DNA of 64,000 nucleotides, from positions 15,653-79,652 of the forward strand of contig JBMORA010000046.1 of the NCBI GenBank assembly GCA_049320885.1, given 5' to 3'. Each line of letters begins with the position of its first letter. Position 1 is the first letter of the stretch. Shown here in pieces: positions 61,822-64,000 of this stretch. Source of the DNA: Thermodesulfobacteriota bacterium (GTDB lineage Bacteria; Desulfobacterota; Desulfobacteria; Desulfobacterales; SURF-7). The position numbers and the translations under genes are program-made. The notes under the pieces were generated by a model. That model did no database searches, was not told where the DNA came from, and saw nothing but the letters and a program-made list of their open reading frames with translations.

Positions 61822-63909
61822 ATGAGTCAGGGTATCTATATCAGCGGCGCCGAACCCAGAAGCGGAAAATCGGTCATCGCCTTGGGCATCATGGAAATGC
61901 TGGCCGGACAACGGGCGAAACCGGGATTTTTCCGCCCGTTTGTGGCTGACGAGAATTCAACCGACCATATCACCCGACTCATGGTCGAACGATACAGTCT
62001 GAGCTTTCCCAACGAAATGCTCTATGGCTGTACATACCGGACGGCCAGGGATTTTCTGGTGCAGGAAAAGGGAGATGACCTGATCAAACGGATCATGGAG
62101 AAATACAGGGCGCTGAAAAACGAGTGCGATATCGTTGTCTGCGTCGGTTCGGATTTCACTACTACCGCCGCCACTTTTGAGTTTGAATTCAACGTCCGCG
62201 TGGCCAACAACCTCGGGTGCGCCATGGTCCCGGTGGTCAACGGCTTCGGCAAAAAAACCATCCCGATCGTCAATGCCGCCCAACTGCTCCTGGACGCGCT
62301 GAAAGAGCGCCGATGCGACGTCCTGGCCCTATTCGCCAATCGGGTTGAAGGCCCGCTGGTGGACCCGACGGACGATGAGCTTAAAAAAATCATGCCGGCG
62401 GGAATTCCGGCATATGTTCTCCCCGAACTTGACATCCTCGAAAAACCCACGGTGAGTGAGATCGCCGCTGTTATCGGCGCAGAGCATCAGAACGGCTCCG
62501 CGGCGAGCCTGAACCGGGAAGTGCGAATTTTCAAGGTCGCGGCCATGGAACTGCCCAACTATCTGGAACATATCGAGGAGGGCAGCCTCATTATCGTTCC
62601 CGGCGACCGTTCCGACATCATCCTCGGCAGCCTGCTGGCCGACGCCGCCGACACCTATCCCCAGATCTCCGGCATCATTTTGACCGGCGGGTTCAAGCCG
62701 GCCCCCCAGATCAAACGCCTGCTCAAAGGCCTCGCCGATGTTTCCGTTCCGGTGATCAGCGTGCCCACGGACACCTTCACCACCGCCATGAAAGTGAGCT
62801 CCCTGGAGGGGGTTCTGCGTCCGGACAATACCCGGAAAATCGCCGCCGCCCTGGGGATTACCGAATCGCGGGTGGATTCCGCGGAGCTGATGAGCCGGAT
62901 TCGATCGGTCCATTCCGGCCGGGTGACGCCGCTCATGTTCGAGTACGAGATCATCCAGCGGGCCAAGTCCGGCAACCAACATGTTGTTCTGCCGGAAGGC
63001 GCCGAAGAGCGCATTCTGAAAGCCGCCGAAATACTGGCCATGCGCAAGGTGGCCGCCATCACCCTGCTGGGGAATCCGGAGGAAATCAAAAAAAAGGCCG
63101 CGGCTCTCGGCATCGCCCTTGCCGGTTTGACCATCGTCAACCCCATGACATCGGAACGCCGCGCCGCCTATGCCGAGGCTTACCAGGAACTCCGGAAACA
63201 CAAAGGCATCACCTATCAGATGGCCCTGGATATCATGGCGGATGTCAGCTACTTCGGCACGATGATGGTCCAGATGGGAGAAGCGGACGGAATGGTTTCC
63301 GGAGCCGTGCATACCACCCAGCACACCATCCGGCCCGCCTTCGAGATCGTCAAGACCAAGCCGGGCTGCTCCATCGTGTCCAGCGTCTTTCTGATGTGCC
63401 TCGCTGACCATGTGCTCGTATTCGGCGATTGCGCGGTCAACCCCGATCCGAATTCCGAGCAACTTGCCGACATCGCCGTCAGCTCCGCGGAAACGGCCCG
63501 GATGTTCGGCATCGAACCGCGGGTCGCCATGCTCAGCTACTCCACCGGCGAATCCGGCAAGGGGGCCGATGTGGACAAGGTGCGGGAAGCCGCGAAAATC
63601 GCCAAACGACAGCGGCCCGATTTGAAAATCGAAGGTCCCATTCAATACGATGCCGCCGTCGATGCCGGAGTGGCCAAAACCAAACTGCCGGGCAGCGAGG
63701 TCGCCGGTCATGCCACCGTCTTCATCTTTCCGGACCTGAACACCGGCAACAACACCTACAAGGCCGTGCAGCGTTCGGCCAACGCCGTGGCGATCGGCCC
63801 GGTTCTCCAGGGTCTCAACAAACCCGTGAACGATCTCAGCCGCGGCTGCACCGTGACCGACATCATCAATACCGTCGCCATCACCGCCATTCAGGCCCAA
63901 ATCAAATGA
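61822..63909 (+). CDS. pta: Phosphate acetyltransferase (long form with DRTGG domain)
   Basis: SGKS, PGDRSD, VLPEG, GPIQYDAA, GNNTYKAVQ and NDLSRG motifs. Confidence 0.96.
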   Translation: MSQGIYISGAEPRSGKSVIALGIMEMLAGQRAKPGFFRPFVADENSTDHITRLMVERYSLSFPNEMLYGCTYRTARDFLVQEKGDDLIKRIMEKYRALKNECDIVVCVGSDFTTTAATFEFEFNVRVANNLGCAMVPVVNGFGKKTIPIVNAAQLLLDALKERRCDVLALFANRVEGPLVDPTDDELKKIMPAGIPAYVLPELDILEKPTVSEIAAVIGAEHQNGSAASLNREVRIFKVAAMELPNYLEHIEEGSLIIVPGDRSDIILGSLLADAADTYPQISGIILTGGFKPAPQIKRLLKGLADVSVPVISVPTDTFTTAMKVSSLEGVLRPDNTRKIAAALGITESRVDSAELMSRIRSVHSGRVTPLMFEYEIIQRAKSGNQHVVLPEGAEERILKAAEILAMRKVAAITLLGNPEEIKKKAAALGIALAGLTIVNPMTSERRAAYAEAYQELRKHKGITYQMALDIMADVSYFGTMMVQMGEADGMVSGAVHTTQHTIRPAFEIVKTKPGCSIVSSVFLMCLADHVLVFGDCAVNPDPNSEQLADIAVSSAETARMFGIEPRVAMLSYSTGESGKGADVDKVREAAKIAKRQRPDLKIEGPIQYDAAVDAGVAKTKLPGSEVAGHATVFIFPDLNTGNNTYKAVQRSANAVAIGPVLQGLNKPVNDLSRGCTVTDIINTVAITAIQAQIK

Positions 63910-63922
63910 GAGGCTCCCTTTA

Positions 63923-64000
63923 ATGAACGAAACGAAAAATTATGCGGCGCAAGAAACCCTTAAAAACGGTCTACCGGTGATCATCCGGGCCATCCGGCCC
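63923..64000 (+). CDS. Partial ORF, probable GNAT acetyltransferase N-terminus
   Basis: MNETKNYAAQETLKNGLPVIIRAIRP fits the typical 'L.DG..V.IRPIRP' start; truncated by the window edge. Confidence 0.5.
   Translation, partial: MNETKNYAAQETLKNGLPVIIRAIRP

Overview
A gene-dense, GC-rich chromosomal window whose gene content fits an anaerobic sulfate-reducer-type deltaproteobacterium (probably Desulfobacterales-like; this is inferred from gene content). I see no rRNA, tRNA, CRISPR array, integrase or transposase. Core genes are minCDE, pcm, pyrG, eno, pstS, pta, hutH and hutU-ftcD-hutI plus a cyclodeaminase. Main points of interest: (1) a selenocysteine formate dehydrogenase read through UGA with a SECIS hairpin, with two ModE-like boxes upstream; (2) an unassigned glycyl-radical enzyme and activase, flanked by a ThiF/MoaD sulfur-carrier pair and a FadR-type repressor with two visible operators; (3) a sigma54-driven porin/TusA/cytochrome/octaheme/cytochrome b operon in which two members lack their hallmark Cys motifs; (4) a large protein that appears to fuse a degenerate dCTP-deaminase-like domain to a LOG domain; (5) a kinase/pseudokinase PEGA receptor pair; (6) GGA-rich non-coding tracts that may bind CsrA; (7) a 12-bp tandem repeat abutting a near-consensus promoter. 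All family calls come from motifs recognised by eye, not from database searches.
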